A stretch of DNA of 63,276 nt, filler included, from Collodictyon triciliatum (taxonomy: Eukaryota), in NCBI GenBank assembly GCA_043381765.1. It is 12 parts of 12 records of this genome, joined end to end, with 100 filler letters (N's around TTAATTAATTAA, not from the genome) between each part and the next. Parts side by side here need not be neighbours in the genome. Positions count along the whole stretch, not along the records: positions 45,201 to 50,742 come from JBHJMP010005124.1; positions 50,843 to 56,382 come from JBHJMP010005125.1; positions 56,483 to 62,021 come from JBHJMP010005126.1; 9 more parts are not named here. One strand, 5' to 3'. How positions within the stretch are numbered: the stretch's first letter is position 1; each line of letters opens with the position of its first letter. Shown in pieces: positions 45,477 to 59,463 of the stretch. The notes under the pieces are model-generated. The model saw only the letters and a list, made by a program, of their open reading frames with translations, ran no database searches and was not told where the DNA came from. A program made the translations under genes and the position numbers.

Positions 45477-47947
45477 CAATATCCAATCTACTCCAATATG
45501 GTATCTTCAATATTGTGCCGACATTCTTTGAAGTTTCTCTTGTGATTGGAGTGCTGTGGTACAAGTATAATCCTTGGTATGGGATTATGACCTTCATGAG
45601 TCTGCTCTTTTATGTGGTATGAGCCAAATAAAGTCTCTTTTTTTTATTTTATTTTTTTATCTTCCTAGGGATATTGTTGATTGTAAGACATTTATAAGTC
45701 AACGTTAATTTTAATATTTAGTTTTTTACATTCTCGATGACTGAGTACCGCAAAAAACTAAGGCGTGAAGCCAATAAGAAGGAAAACGAAGCCAACAACC
45801 AGTATTTTTATACTATAGTTCGATTAACCATTCTATTACCTTTACTTCATGTGTTTACTTTCCATGTACTCATTTAATTCCCCCATTACTGCAAACGATA
45901 CACATTTTTTTAAATTACTAATGACGCATGGAATGTTTCCAGAGCAGTCGATGGTTTGTTGAATTTTGAAACGGTCAAGTATTTTAACAACGAAAGGCAT
46001 GAGGTTTCCCGATACGATAAATCTCTTGAAGTTTATGTGGATTCATCAGTTCGCTCACAGGTGTTCCAGTTTATTCCTATTTTTTTGTTTATTTATTTTC
46101 TAAGTCCTCGATTTAATTGCACATTTTTTTAGTCCTCATCCCACATTTAATAACAATAATAAAATATAAAACCAAAGCAATACATAAATTTGACTCTATC
46201 TACCTGCAACAGTCTTTCCTGTGTGGGCTACGGCAATATTAACGTCTTAATCACACATTTTTAATAACAGGTCAGCTTATCGATGTTGAATATTGGACAG
46301 CAGACATTCATAGCGGCTGGTCTGGCATCTGTTCTGCTTCTGGCTGGGAAGGAGGTTCGTGAGGGACGCCTTAGTGTCGGAGATTTTGTCCTCTTAAACA
46401 GGTTATTTCTCTCCGCCGCACCACTCAAAAAATTATAGAAATCAAAATCATACATCTTGAATTTAATATATCATTCATTTGATGTTTATTTCTGTTTATT
46501 TTTGCCATCCCAAGAGTTTTCTTCAATCCAGCTAACAAAAATATTATCAGTTACATGATACAGATTTTCATCCCATTGAATTTCTTGGGGTCTTCTTACA
46601 GTGTCTTGAAGCAATCGCAGGTAAACTATTTTATTTTATTTTTTGCAGACGTAATTCAATCCGAGAATCACTACATCGTCGATTTTTAACCATTGCTTAA
46701 CTATAGGTCGACTTGGAGAACATGTTTTCTCTCCTACGTGTGAATAAAGAAGTAATTCAAATAATCTAGCATGCCCACCATCACAAAGTCTAGGATTTAT
46801 ATTTTTCGGATATAAATATTTCCTTTTCTTTTTCTCTCTCTTTCTTTTGGGTAGATACAAGATAACCCAGACGCCGTTCTATTTCACCCAGGTAGAATTC
46901 AATGCATTGTACATTCCTTTTCATTCAGTAACGATACATGATAATCGAAATTAGTCATTGCACCGGATATAACACCAGCTTTTTTCTGCAAAGAAATGGA
47001 CTGTTCACTATTTTATTACTGAAAAAAATATAGGTGGCGGGGAAATTGTTTTCGATAATGTCCACTTCAGCTACAACAAAGTACTTGAATTCATTAGACG
47101 TAGATTTTATCCACATGGTTTTTTCGTGTGTAATTTTACACAATACATATCATAAAAAATTAGGAAACGCCAATTCTGAAAGGGGTTTCATTCCGTATCC
47201 CTGCTGGAAAGTCTCTTGGTAATCAGTGTTTTCAAAGAAAAATTTGGAAGCAAAAATATAAGTGAACTATGTGCCACCGATTCTACTGAAATTGATACAC
47301 TAGATTATGTGTTTATTTACTTTTTATTATTAAAAAAAATTGCTTTTGTTTTATATATTGTTTTGGTTTGGTTTGTTTGCTGTTGCAGCTATCGTGGGTC
47401 CAACTGGCAGCGGGAAAACTACAATTTCGAGGTTGCTGTATCGTTTCTACGATGTTACAGATGGAGCTATTCGCGTTGATGGACAGGTTAACATATGAAC
47501 ATGAATTATGGTTGAAATACAAAATCCATGAGATGATATATCTGTTTCTCGCTTATTCATCTGCCCATATTCGTTTTACGATTCAATCTGAATTTATTGT
47601 TCAAAAAATCGGTAGGATATCCGAGAAATCACACAATCTTCTTATAGAAAGTCCATCGGTATTGTCCCGCAAGATACAGTGTTATTTAATGTTTGTAATT
47701 ATTTCCCCGCAGTAATAAACCCTATTATTCATTTTTTGCATTCCCGTTTTAAATTGTGGTAGAAAAGGTGGGTTTAAGTTTGTTTCAACAAATCGGTTCT
47801 CTTTCTTTCTTATTCTCCTTATAGGATACAATTGCCTACAATATCGCCTACGGAGCTATAGGTATTCAGATATTAAACGCCTGCCTTTTTAGCGATTGTC
47901 AGTATCACACTTCGGGGATTGCGGACTCATTCATAGATTCATTCTCT

Positions 47948-48020
<73 letters not shown>

Positions 48021-49334
48021 GATATCGCATAGTTATATTTCGATTGGTGTGCATTCTCATAAGTGGCTTTTTCTCGGGATATTTCGCACTCCATCATTTT
48101 GCTTTACTCAACTCAAACTAACGCACTGAATTGTTACAAGGATGCGCACAAGCCGATGTTGAAAATGCAGCACGAAGAGCAGAAATACATGACTTTATAG
48201 CCAAACTCCCTGAAGGTTACCAAACCAAAGTCGGAGAGCGAGGGCTGCGGTTGAGCGGTATCATGATATCAAGCATCTCCATATCACATATCTAAAAACT
48301 GGACAATATGTCAATATCTGTGGTTAAAGTTGAAATATACATACTTACGTAACGTCCTCTTATGTTTAATGTTTGATTACCCGAAATACGTGCCGATTAC
48401 TTGTGCATATGCCATCACCGCAGGAGGAGAAAAGCAGCGCGTGTCCATCGCCAGACTTCTGCTTAAGAACCCACTCATCATGATATTCGACGAGGCCACA
48501 TCTGCCTTGGATTCCAAGACGGAGGCCAATATCCAAGTAAGACCAATTGAAACCCGCATCTCGCTTCGGATAGATAATTTCTTTGTTATTAGTCGGTCAT
48601 TCCTCTATTAATTTGATTTTGTGTGTGTTGTGTTTTTTTTTTTAAAAAAAATCTTTATTTTTTTTTATCTTTGGTTTACCACGATTCACTATCTAGTTTC
48701 CATGTCAGTTAATTGCCCAGTGATATAGGAGCGCCATTCCACTTTTTTTTTTTTATTGCATTAATGCCAGTCGATCTATCATATTCTTATCTTGTACTAT
48801 ACCGCGTACAGAAATCCCTCTCTGAAATGTCGTCCGGTCGCACAACCATCGCAATCGCGCATCGCCTTTCCACCGTGGTCAACTCAGACGAGATTATCGT
48901 ACGAACGGAATCAAATACATACATCATTTGCATCCATTTATTTATCCTCCTAGAGACCAAATGGATTGCTAATAAGCAAATCAACAAAATCCCGTCCAAG
49001 GTTTTGAAATTCGGCGTCATTGCGGAGAGAGGAACGCACCAGCAGCTTCTCCAGCTCAAGGGAGAATACTATCAAATGTGGACTCGGCAGGTAAAAGCGA
49101 ATATGTTTTGTAATCATAACAACAACATTTTAATTTTTTTTATTATTATTATGTAAAGGATTGCTGGCAGTTTTTCAGTTCAAATTAAATGTTAATATCA
49201 GAAAGAGAAAAGAATATGAAAAGAAAAAAAAAATTCTTTTGCTGTTTCGCTCTAAACATTTTCTTTTCTACAAGGCGGAGGAGGCGCTGACCCAATCTCA
49301 GGGTGAGTCAAGCAAAAAGGATTCGACAAAATAA
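45477..49334 (+). CDS. ABC transporter subfamily B half-transporter, ABCB6/HMT1/ATM1 group; 5' end missing, about 17 exons
   Basis: Spliced exons give [48 protein letters not shown], Walker [29 protein letters not shown], signature [20 protein letters not shown], Walker [11 protein letters not shown] and IAHRLST. Stop TAA is at 49332-49334. Confidence 0.93.
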
Positions 49335-49617
49335 AAGGATTTTCCATGAAATAAAAAAAAAGAAAAGAAAAAAGAAAAAGACTAGAATCGTGAAAAAACC
49401 TTCTGGGTGGTTTTGCTTTCAATAAAAAAATAAATAAAAAGAAATTAAACAAACAAACAAACAAACAAACAAACAAACAAACAAACAAACAAACAAACAA
49501 ACAAACAAATGTGTCCTCGTCATTATTTTGGTCATGCGCAGTCTGCAAAGGGTAAATGAAAAATGACTTTTCTTTTTTATTGTTGAAAAGTCAGTGGCCG
49601 GAAGAGTCAGGACGGTA

Positions 49618-50576
49618 TCATTCTTGGGATAAGTTTTGAATGGCACGGCGAGGGTGCTTGTGAGAAAGTCTATGAAAATGCGTGTTTTTGAGTTAAAGTG
49701 GAACAAAAGGCACCACAAAATGCGACGTGATAATTTATTTATTTATTTTTTTTCTTTAAAAAAAAAAAGCAATAATGATAAAGAGAGGAGATGAGATGAT
49801 AAAAATACAAATAAAATAGCACAAAGTAGAATCAATAACCTGTTGACGACCGAGCGCAAGTATACAATCATGATGGAAATGTTGTCTCCGCTCTTTCTTC
49901 GGTATGCTTCAAAGCAAGTTCATTGGCAATGTCGTTTAATGGTCTCTGTAAGATTTCATTAAGTTTGATTTGGTCACCTTATCTTTAACTAATTATCTTC
50001 TTTCATGTTTTATAAAGCAGATGATATTTTGACTTTTTTTTTTTTTGTCCTTGTATATATATAAAGTACCCTCTTCAGAATATGAAGGCGAACAAAGTCC
50101 ACCGCTTCCTACACATTTAATTGTCATTTTTTCACTATTGTCAGCCATCACGAGAATCAAAGTCAACTTAGACAAATTGACGATTATGCCATAAATAATC
50201 CGGCGATGCCCCGAAAAAAAAATTACACGAGATTTATACAACCGTAAATAAACAACACCTGATTACTATAAACGTCCCAAAGACCATCGGTAGCGATAAT
50301 CAAAAATTGATCTCCTGGAAGAAGTTCTGCGCTGCGAACTTCGGGGATGGCAATAACATACTGATAAGAGAATATGTGGAGCCAAATGTGAGGGAATTTT
50401 CAATATCTCTATCACAGATATAATTAACGCGACTCTTTGAATAATTATTTAGTTACGTCTTTAAATGTGCGGTCTCCTATGGCTCGTGTCAGAGCAAGAA
50501 TCCCACCAACTCTCCAAGTCGTGCCCATTTGAATTCTGCCCCCTGCACGCTCCACGCGAGTTTTCTCGTCGTTGCG
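49618..50576 (-). CDS. Protein phosphatase 2C (PPM family), C-terminal half, with an apparent 1-nt frameshift near 49911-49913; not in the ORF track
   Basis: Exons give [13 protein letters not shown]...[23 protein letters not shown]...[29 protein letters not shown] and [11 protein letters not shown] / [18 protein letters not shown]. These contain the PP2C motifs RAxGD, DGLWD and DN. Confidence 0.88.
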
Positions 50577-50842
50577 CTGGCAATACATTAAGGTACAATG
50601 TAATATTAGTAAAAAAGAAGATAAAAAAAGAAGATAAAAAAAGAAGATAAAAAAAGAAGATAAAAAAAGAAGATAAAAAAAGAAGATAAAAAAAGAAGAT
50701 AAAAAAAGAAGATAAAAAAAGAAGATAAAAAAAGAAGATAAANNNNNNNNNNNNNNNNNNNNNNNNNNNNNNNNNNNNNNNNNNNNTTAATTAATTAANN
50801 NNNNNNNNNNNNNNNNNNNNNNNNNNNNNNNNNNNNNNNNNN

Positions 50843-50962
<120 letters not shown>

Positions 50963-51230
50963 TCATTTATTGAAAGTAGCTTGCTTTTCTTTTATCTTCA
51001 ATTTTGTTAGATGCATCACAACAGCCCAATTAAAGTTGTCTTTTTTATCACTTTTAACTATAGAATCGCATCAGGTATGAGTTCAAAATTTATGCGCGTT
51101 TACACAAACGTATCGGAAGGTCGACATGAAAATTCATATTCACTTAAGATAGCTTTATTCTTAAATGCTTTGTATCCCTTCTTCATCACTGTAGAAAAAT
51201 TAAACAATTTCATTCGTAACTCCCACGACA

Positions 51231-54200
51231 TCATAGAGTGTGACTAGGAGTTTCAAAAATTCGGGTGATTTCGCATTTGTAATTCAACTCGCACAAGACA
51301 ATCCCCTTCATTTTGATTCTATAGAAAAGAAACATCGACACTTGTGAAAACTCAATAACATAATTAAAAGTCAACGATTCATGTGTAAGTTGCTTATTGA
51401 TAGGTCTCACTTTTTTTGTTTATCTATTGTGTAAGAAACGTTTCCGACTTGAACTTCACGGATTTGCGATGTGGTTGATTTCTATTATTTTTTTTTATTT
51501 TTTTTACAAAAATTATTAAAAAAATAAACTTGAATAATCTGGCGAAAGAGAGAAAACCAGAGTACCGAAGCATGGTGGGTACATAATGGCAAACAGTTAC
51601 TCTGTGCATCAGTTGCACGACGCCACGGAGCTCTAAGGAGTATTCTTTGCAAAGAAAGTAATCCACAAGATGTTTTCCCACATAGTGATCTACGTAATAA
51701 GAATTTCAATCTGAATAGGCTGGCTTCAACCAAGGAATTAATTTGAATTATAGTAGTTCTTTAAAGAGTGCCTTTTTTTTTCCATAAATTTTGTGTCTTG
51801 GACAAAATTGAGAGAATTTGTTGAAAGATAAATAGTCTGAAAACACAATAATTATAGTTACCATCTTCAACGGATGCATGTTTCTTTCGAAGGAAAGTGA
51901 ACGACAACCTTTCCTTCACGTACTCGATTACAAATGATTTCTGCCTAAAATTGATCTTTCTGAATATTCGAAGTAACCCTTTCTACAGATATTGTAAAAT
52001 TAATCGAAAGAATGCCATCGTACGCCTCAGAAAGTTGAAGCAATTCCCATGCATTGGCTCCATCAAGGTACAAAAGGCCTTCGGCTGTTCCATCCTCGAC
52101 CAGCACCGTAATGCTGATCGAAACGCTGCTGGACGTGTGTTTTAAAATATTGAAATATTGTGCAGAAATGGCGATGAATTTAATCAAACAATCAAATGGT
52201 GATGTAAATTTATGCACCTGGAGAAGTCCTTGCCTGTTTCTCTTTCAGTAGCGACTCTGGTTAAAAAAATCGACAAAGAGGTTATTCTAGAAGAATAATG
52301 TGGGCCAGAAGCGAAACCAAACCTAGCCTTTATGTCAATAACCATGATTTTCAATACTGAAAATCGTGTCCAGTACACTTGCCTCCACCCAGGGGCTACT
52401 AACATTTCCGCAAAAGAGGAAAATCGGATGGATTCTAGTCCCCTAAATATTTGAATGAACATTCACTTATCAAGTGAATACCTGAGAAACGTTAATTTTC
52501 ATATGGAAGAATGTTTACTATCATAATCTTAAGTACCATAAAAGGATCATGTTGTTGGGATTCGCTCGAATGTGTGCAGGGTCGATGGCATGAATTCTAG
52601 ATTTTTCAGTATTCCAGAATTCGATCTGTCCATTTTTCTGGGGAAATACTTATAATTAGACCTTAATTTTTTAATCCACAGGGCGAATATAATTACTGGT
52701 TCCTTCAAATTAAAGTTCTCGAAGCAGACAAGGGACCCGACTATGAGGCCAGATATGTAATCAGTCGACTTCAGCCAAATAGCTAATGAAAAGTATATTT
52801 TCATTACTCATTATTCTCTTGAAAGGTACATCTCAAAACACTTCAACACACTTGCACGACAAAAGTCCTCTTCATCTTGAACCAGTAGCCTCCAAGTAAA
52901 CTCCGTTCTATTGTAAATTAATTGGTTTCTGAATAAACGACACATCATATATAGAACGAAAAATTACTGGTCAAATTTTTGAAGTGTGCTAGTCAGAGTA
53001 AACTTCAGTATAACAGCGCGAAAGGAACTTTGAATCCTCTCATGGTTACGAATCCTGGCAGAGACAATTTCGTATCCTCGATGAGTTGCAACTTGGTTCT
53101 CGGCGCGTGCATGACGAGAAAATATGGTATCCAGCGCAAGTGACAACCGACTCCTTGGTTTTGATTGAGATTGGTTGTTGGTCTTTTCTTTCAAAATCCT
53201 TACATGTTCTTTACATTGAAGCAATACATTCTTACTTGGTCGCAGATTCTAGGTTTATCGCATAAGCGGAATTTAAATGATTTCTTATCAAAAGCAGAAG
53301 ATGAATTCAGATATATTGAAAGATTATTATCACCTTCCCCTTTATCTTCTCTGGATTCACCATCAGTGCCTTCCTAAAATAAAAAGGATTCATTTTAAAA
53401 TACAGATAAACTCGATGAATATCATACATTTAGCAGAAGGCAAATATGATTACTAGCTCCATTATCCCGTCTGGGCTTGTTCTCAAATACGATATCATGG
53501 AACAGCCTTTTGCATCATAAATTCTGCAATTACTCATATTTTAGGATTGTGTTCCTCACGAGACTGACAAGGGAAAATGTACGATCAAACACTACAATTA
53601 TAGTTTGTAAGAGTTTTCATACCAAAATTAAATTAAATAAAGTAACAGGAACCTCTCGATTATAAGGTGAAAGTTACGTAACAAATATGCCCCATTTGAC
53701 TTGAATACCTTAACAGGAGAGTGTTGTAGGTTAGACAACCATAGCTTATAGCATAATGTGTTAAAAAAAAAAACAGGTATATCTCCAAAAATCCAGCCAA
53801 TAATCGGTATATAATTTTAAAAACTTCCTACATAGGATGAATATATCTTAATAGGCCCTTTCGAAGTCCTCAAAGAAGCACCTAATCCCTTCACATTGGT
53901 AAAAATATGTCTGTCGTAAATCATTTATTCATACGATAGTCCAGTGAGAAATTTGATGATGAACCCAAAAAGACGATTTTTGCTTAAAAAAACAAATGAA
54001 CCTTTTCCTGTAAGTCGGTTTGGATGATTCCGTACATATAATCCACTCCTATTTCGGTGGATGATAATGAAACTACAGATTTTGGTGCGTAAATACGTTA
54101 AAGATTTGAAGATAAAGCTACAGGCAGATTATGGAGAACACATAAACATCAAGACAAACTTATTCTTTGGTTCGCATCCCAATCGGAGCATTTTTCATCA

Positions 54201-56203
54201 ACCATATCAGGAATCTGGTCATAATATGTTAAACTGAATATTGCAGAGATGATGGTGAAGAATGAATATAATATATATTACATCTTCGAATTTTTTCAAC
54301 GTGAGCAGGCTTGGTCTGGAGAAACTATGATGCTTAGGGGTAAATATGGAAGATGAAAAGAAAATTGATGTCATGGAATATGATTTTAATCAGAACAATA
54401 CTTGATGAGACATTTGTCATGGCTGAAGAATGCCGTCCTTAGGTTGATAACATTGCATATGTCCATATTTTCAGATACTATCTGTTTTCTCATAGTTAGA
54501 GCAATTTCAATCATCGAATCAACTGTTTTGAAAGCGAATGTGATTGCAAATTATAACCTTGTCGATAACAATTTCAGCCACCTGAAAAGAATGAAAATAA
54601 GAGTTCATTTAGCCTTAATTGTCTCAAAAAATATAAAAAATTCTCACTTCTAGTAGTTTTTTTTTTTGGAATCTAAAATATTACCATTCGATTGCGCACT
54701 TGGTCTTTACTGACTGATATTTGCTTATATTGATTTATGGCCCTGTGACGGAAATCTTAATTGAATGTAAAAAGGACCTGAATATATCAAAAATATTATC
54801 TGTGAAGCGATTTACCAGATGTACAATGCTGCAGAAACATGCGACAGGTATCTAGCAAACAGTATTGTTTGGTGCGAAGTCAAAACAGCCTGTATGAATG
54901 AAGTAATTAGATTCGAAAAATTGACATTCATCAGATATTTCATTCTATTGTATTTTGTTTATCAGACCTCGTTCACATAGGGAGAAAAATCAATTACATC
55001 GACTTTACTTCTTGAACAGCAAACGAATCCCTTCATAGGAGTGAAATCATGAATATGTTAGTAGAAATAACACTGTATGAATATTCAAAATGATTCAAAC
55101 CTTGACTGTGTATTTATCGATGAAGGTATGACAATTATGTACCTAAAAATTTCGGCAATCGATGTTAAAAATGATATCTTCAATTAAATATTTCAAAAAG
55201 GGTCGCACCAATATTGTTGCCCCTATACGCAGACCTAATCCATAATTCCACAGCGGAGTGTGAACTGTGATCAAAAAATACGCCTGAATGTGCGCAAGTT
55301 TTTTTTAATTCTTATAGCATTTTACAAATTTAAAACTCTGGTGCTAAAATATACTTGGTATGATTAATTCTAAAGTTCTATTGTTTAAGTAAGGAAATTA
55401 ACAAATACTCTATCAATTTCAAAAACTCCTGGCGAAATTATGTCCGTAATCCTTCCTGTGTATGATATTGTGTGCAGGTATGACTCATCAATCAGATTGG
55501 TGAGGAATGGGGGTAGTATCGTGTGGTAGTGGCAACGCCCATGAAATGGTGATGTATCACTACTCTTTCTTGTGCTGAGTGAGAATGCTTGGCCAGACAA
55601 AGGAAGATTACTTGCATGAGTGATTGATATTGCTTCGGCACACGGGAAGAATTCGTCAGAGAGAAGTAAAATTGAGCATTTTAAATCATGGTCCCATGGT
55701 AGTTGCTCAAAATTCTGTATTCTCAAAACATCTCCGCATGACATGGTAGGGTATATTCTTTCATAGGAGGAGCCTTGGCACATTATTTTAACGAATTTGC
55801 TTTTCTCTGTGTGAATTTCAAGAAAGAAAAAGGACTTTTCGCGAGCCTTTCTAATCAAAGGTCCTACAGCAACAAGCCTTCCAACAATACTTTGAATATG
55901 TGACGGCCTTATTGGAGTAAATAATCGGCTATCTGTGGTACTGAATTGCTGAATTGACATTTCCTCTACTTCGATGTAAGAATGCGCTGCTTTAATCCAG
56001 TTCCACCGCAATAAGTGCACCACTTTTCCATGGTTGGACGGGTGGAGATGCGTTCGGTCCAAACAAACGATGGGAATTGAGTACTTTCCATGTACAATCT
56101 TGGGAAGGTAGTTTGCCCAGCTCTTGGATGGATTTTTAGACATGAATTGGTATTTTACTTTCTTTCGTGAACTGCCATCACTTTGCATTAGTTCCCTATC
56201 CAC
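51231..56203 (-). CDS. CTC1: CST complex subunit CTC1-like telomere OB-fold protein; multi-exon, 5' end probably missing
   Basis: Spliced exons give ISYTGRITDIISPGVFEIDR, GLGLRIGATIL|VHNCH and GFVCCSRSKVDVIDFSP, and near the C-terminus VLVEDGTAEGLLYL. These recall conserved vertebrate and plant CTC1 blocks in the same order. Confidence 0.75.
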
Positions 56204-56266
56204 TATGTTCTACACAAAAGGTTGATTTAAAAATTGTATCCATGAAACAAAGAAATACTGAGACAA

Positions 56267-56582
56267 AAAACTATAAAACTATAAAACTATAAAACTATAA
56301 AACTATAAAACTATAAAACTATAAAACTATAAAACTATAAAACTATAAAACTATAAAACTATAAAACTATAAAACTATAAAANNNNNNNNNNNNNNNNNN
56401 NNNNNNNNNNNNNNNNNNNNNNNNNNTTAATTAATTAANNNNNNNNNNNNNNNNNNNNNNNNNNNNNNNNNNNNNNNNNNNNTAAAAAACCAATAAAAAA
56501 CCAATAAAAAACCAATAAAAAACCAATAAAAAACCAATAAAAAACCAATAAAAAACCAATAAAAAACCAATAAAAACCAAAA
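56267..56582. repeat. Scaffold-terminal microsatellites (AAAACTAT)n and (TAAAAAACCAA)n on either side of a linker
   Basis: Direct reading of the sequence. Confidence 0.9.
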
Positions 56583-56601
56583 ACTTCAGAACAATTACTT
56601 A

Positions 56602-57837
56602 CGTGACTGGACCCACGGTGTCAATCAAGACAAAGTTACTTAGATTGAAGAACAAAGCCAAGATTGATGATATGATAATAAGAGTCTGTACAAATAAACA
56701 TAGCTCATTATAGTGCGCCCACACTAAGATACGATCGATATTTTTAAAGGGTAGCAACATCCCGCCCAATAAAAAAAAACTTTATTTTTCAAGGTAGCCA
56801 TTACTCACGCATATATCAAAATCCAGAAATCTGATATCATCCACCGAACTCAAAAACTTCAGGTCATCCATAATCAAAGTTATGAATAGCATATAGAAGG
56901 TTGACCACGAGGCTTGGGAGCTCAACAGCTGAAGAGAATTCACCCCTAGCTCTTTGTGCTTCTGACCAGTCATCTATATTGATTTTTTTTTTTTTTTAGC
57001 TTTTATTGCTGTTAAGAGATATCACCGTAAAAGAATTTTAAAGAGACATTAAGAAAGAAAATACAAAAAAAAAAAGGAAGAAATTAATATGATAGAAATA
57101 AATTTACGAAACACGTTCAGTTGGTGTTTTTTCCTTTTTCCTTTTTTAAAAAAAATAAGGTTTCTTATTGTGATTATGATATGGTGAGGTATATGAAAAT
57201 ATTCTTACCACTTGGCTAACTGCCTTTGCAATTTCACCAAGAATTGCAACAATTACGCCAAAGGAATTAAGCTGAACATCATGGGTTGTGGCCAATAATA
57301 TGCCAATACATGTCGTTGCAAGGGAAGCTTTAATGGCCAAACTAGTAGACTTGCCGTATATCAAAAACTGAAGGAACACAACCATTGGTATTGTAAATGC
57401 CTTCATCACTTGGTAGAATCCCATCGAGTTATACTGGAGGCTAATGTTATTCAAAGTCACAAAAGCCACGTGTGATAAAGAAAGCGGGATGATGTCTTTT
57501 GCCTGGATATTTTTTTGGGAAACCATTCCTAGTTTTGTGGCTATCCCCAGAAACAATGCACTCGTCAAGTAGTGGACAAACGTTAACAGTGCACCTGAGT
57601 GATGGTGGAGTTTCATTTTAGTGTGAAAGTTTTTTCATATATCATCTATACAGTTTGATGTTTTATGAACGGTATTCTGCATTTACCGTAGTGAAATTCT
57701 TCGTAATAGAAGATATATTTGTTTACAGATACAAGTAGTACTGAAACCACTAAGTTGAAGAGTACACATAGAAATACTGTCGCATATGTTCTGAGCGTCT
57801 GAATACAACATGTATCATCGTTTGCGTAGCTATTCAT
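56602..57837 (-). CDS. Nucleotide-sugar/triose-phosphate transporter family member (SLC35E3-like); 3' end missing
   Basis: ATG at 57837. FNLVVSVLLVSVNKYIF, LLTFVHYLTS, VTLNNISLQYNSMGFYQVMKAFTIP, HKELGVNSLQLL and LSNFVLIDTVGPVT match the TPT/SLC35E pattern. Confidence 0.85.
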
Positions 57838-58261
57838 CCTAAAATTAGGTGTTTGATATTTCCAATATTGATGTTAGCGCTAGTGTATGTATCTAGGGAC
57901 AAATGATATCCTATATGACCACGCTTAAGAAAATCCAAAATAAATAAATAAATTACGATAGTTATATAGTAAAACCCTGCGTTCCTCAACTAGGTTTACA
58001 AATAAATAGTGACCCAATCCAGAGACAGACTTATCAAAATGAATGTGCAGAAATCACGCAGAGCGAATAAGGAAACTGCCGTAATCCATTCTCAATATTC
58101 GCAGAGAGGGATGGCAGTCGCGATGACTATTCGAACTGGCATTCCCTCTCAGAGTCTGAATACTTTCAAAATAACTGGGATACTGTACGCGCTTATCGCT
58201 GAGTAACTGAATCAATATCGAGATGTCTAACTGAACTATTGAGTACAAATTATCTTTGAGG

Positions 58262-58363
58262 AAAAAAACAAAAAACCCAAAAACCCAAAAACCCAAAAAC
58301 CCAAAAAACCAAAAAACCAAAAAACCAAAAAACCAAAAAACCAAAAAACCAAAAAACCAAAAA
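58262..58363. repeat. (AAAAACCC)n grading into (AAAAAACC)n
   Basis: Direct reading of the sequence. Confidence 0.9.
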
Positions 58364-58999
58364 GCATGTCACATCCCAAAGAAGGCCGTGTCGATCAAAT
58401 CTCGTGAGCTGCAGCGCATTTATCTAGTCATCTATCTTCTTGCCATATATCGACTTATTTTCAGTTTCTGGGGTAGTAGGCATAAAATTCTGGCCTGATG
58501 ATCACACTGCGACTGTCACAAAAGACTCCCGACACAAAGTGAGGATAAGCACTGATCTTTCCGTCTCGTCCTCTGTATCTTGCCTATTCAATGATCGAAA
58601 CACTCAGCACCTGAGTTTTTTTTCTTTTTGCGATGAAATTGAATAATCAGTAAGGGACAACACGGTCTATTTATGCTAAATAACTTGGTGTTAGCGGGCC
58701 CACTCTGAAGAGGAGGGTTGACAGCCTGAGTTCGTCCAGCCCAATCCTGAAGGAGTTCGTCACACACGACTTTGGTGACACATCGTTTATCATTTGCACC
58801 TATTGTATACACCTTTCTCATCTTTTTGTAACTACTTTGTCGTCACTCTATCTGTCCGTGTATAATTCTAATATTTTTGATTAATGAATCATATCAACCA
58901 TACAATATGGAAGATATAAGAACATTTTTTCCCCCAAACCGACTTCACATCTTGCAATTCGGATACTTTAATTTTATTTTATTGTGTAACCTCGTCCTG

Positions 59000-59074
<75 letters not shown>

Positions 59075-59463
59075 TATTAATCTGCGATTTTTTGTTTCTG
59101 AAAAACTTTGGCACGGAATAATCCACCAACACGGTTTCATGAGAATACATAAAATTTATATATGAATGAGCCTTTACTTCCATATGAAAACTTTTCATAT
59201 TTTTTTAACCATACACAATCTCTCCAATTTGAAACTATGATGTAGCTGCTGGTCCTCCTCGAAAACTGAGGACACACTTGCTCCCAGAAATTTCAAATAC
59301 TTCGTTGGATTTCAATAATGTAAAAACTGGAAAACTATTTCATACCATCGGAGTCATCAATATTATCCCTCATTTCCCCCTTTTCTACGTTTCCTTTTCT
59401 TTTCGATATATTGAAATATATCATACTAAGCAGCACATTTCAATATTGAATCCTCTCGAATAG

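Noticed and set aside
58262-58363. (AAAAACCC)n resembling a ciliate-type telomeric repeat
   Set aside because: It is short, internal and drifts into AAAAAACC like the other simple repeats. It is not repeated at any scaffold end.
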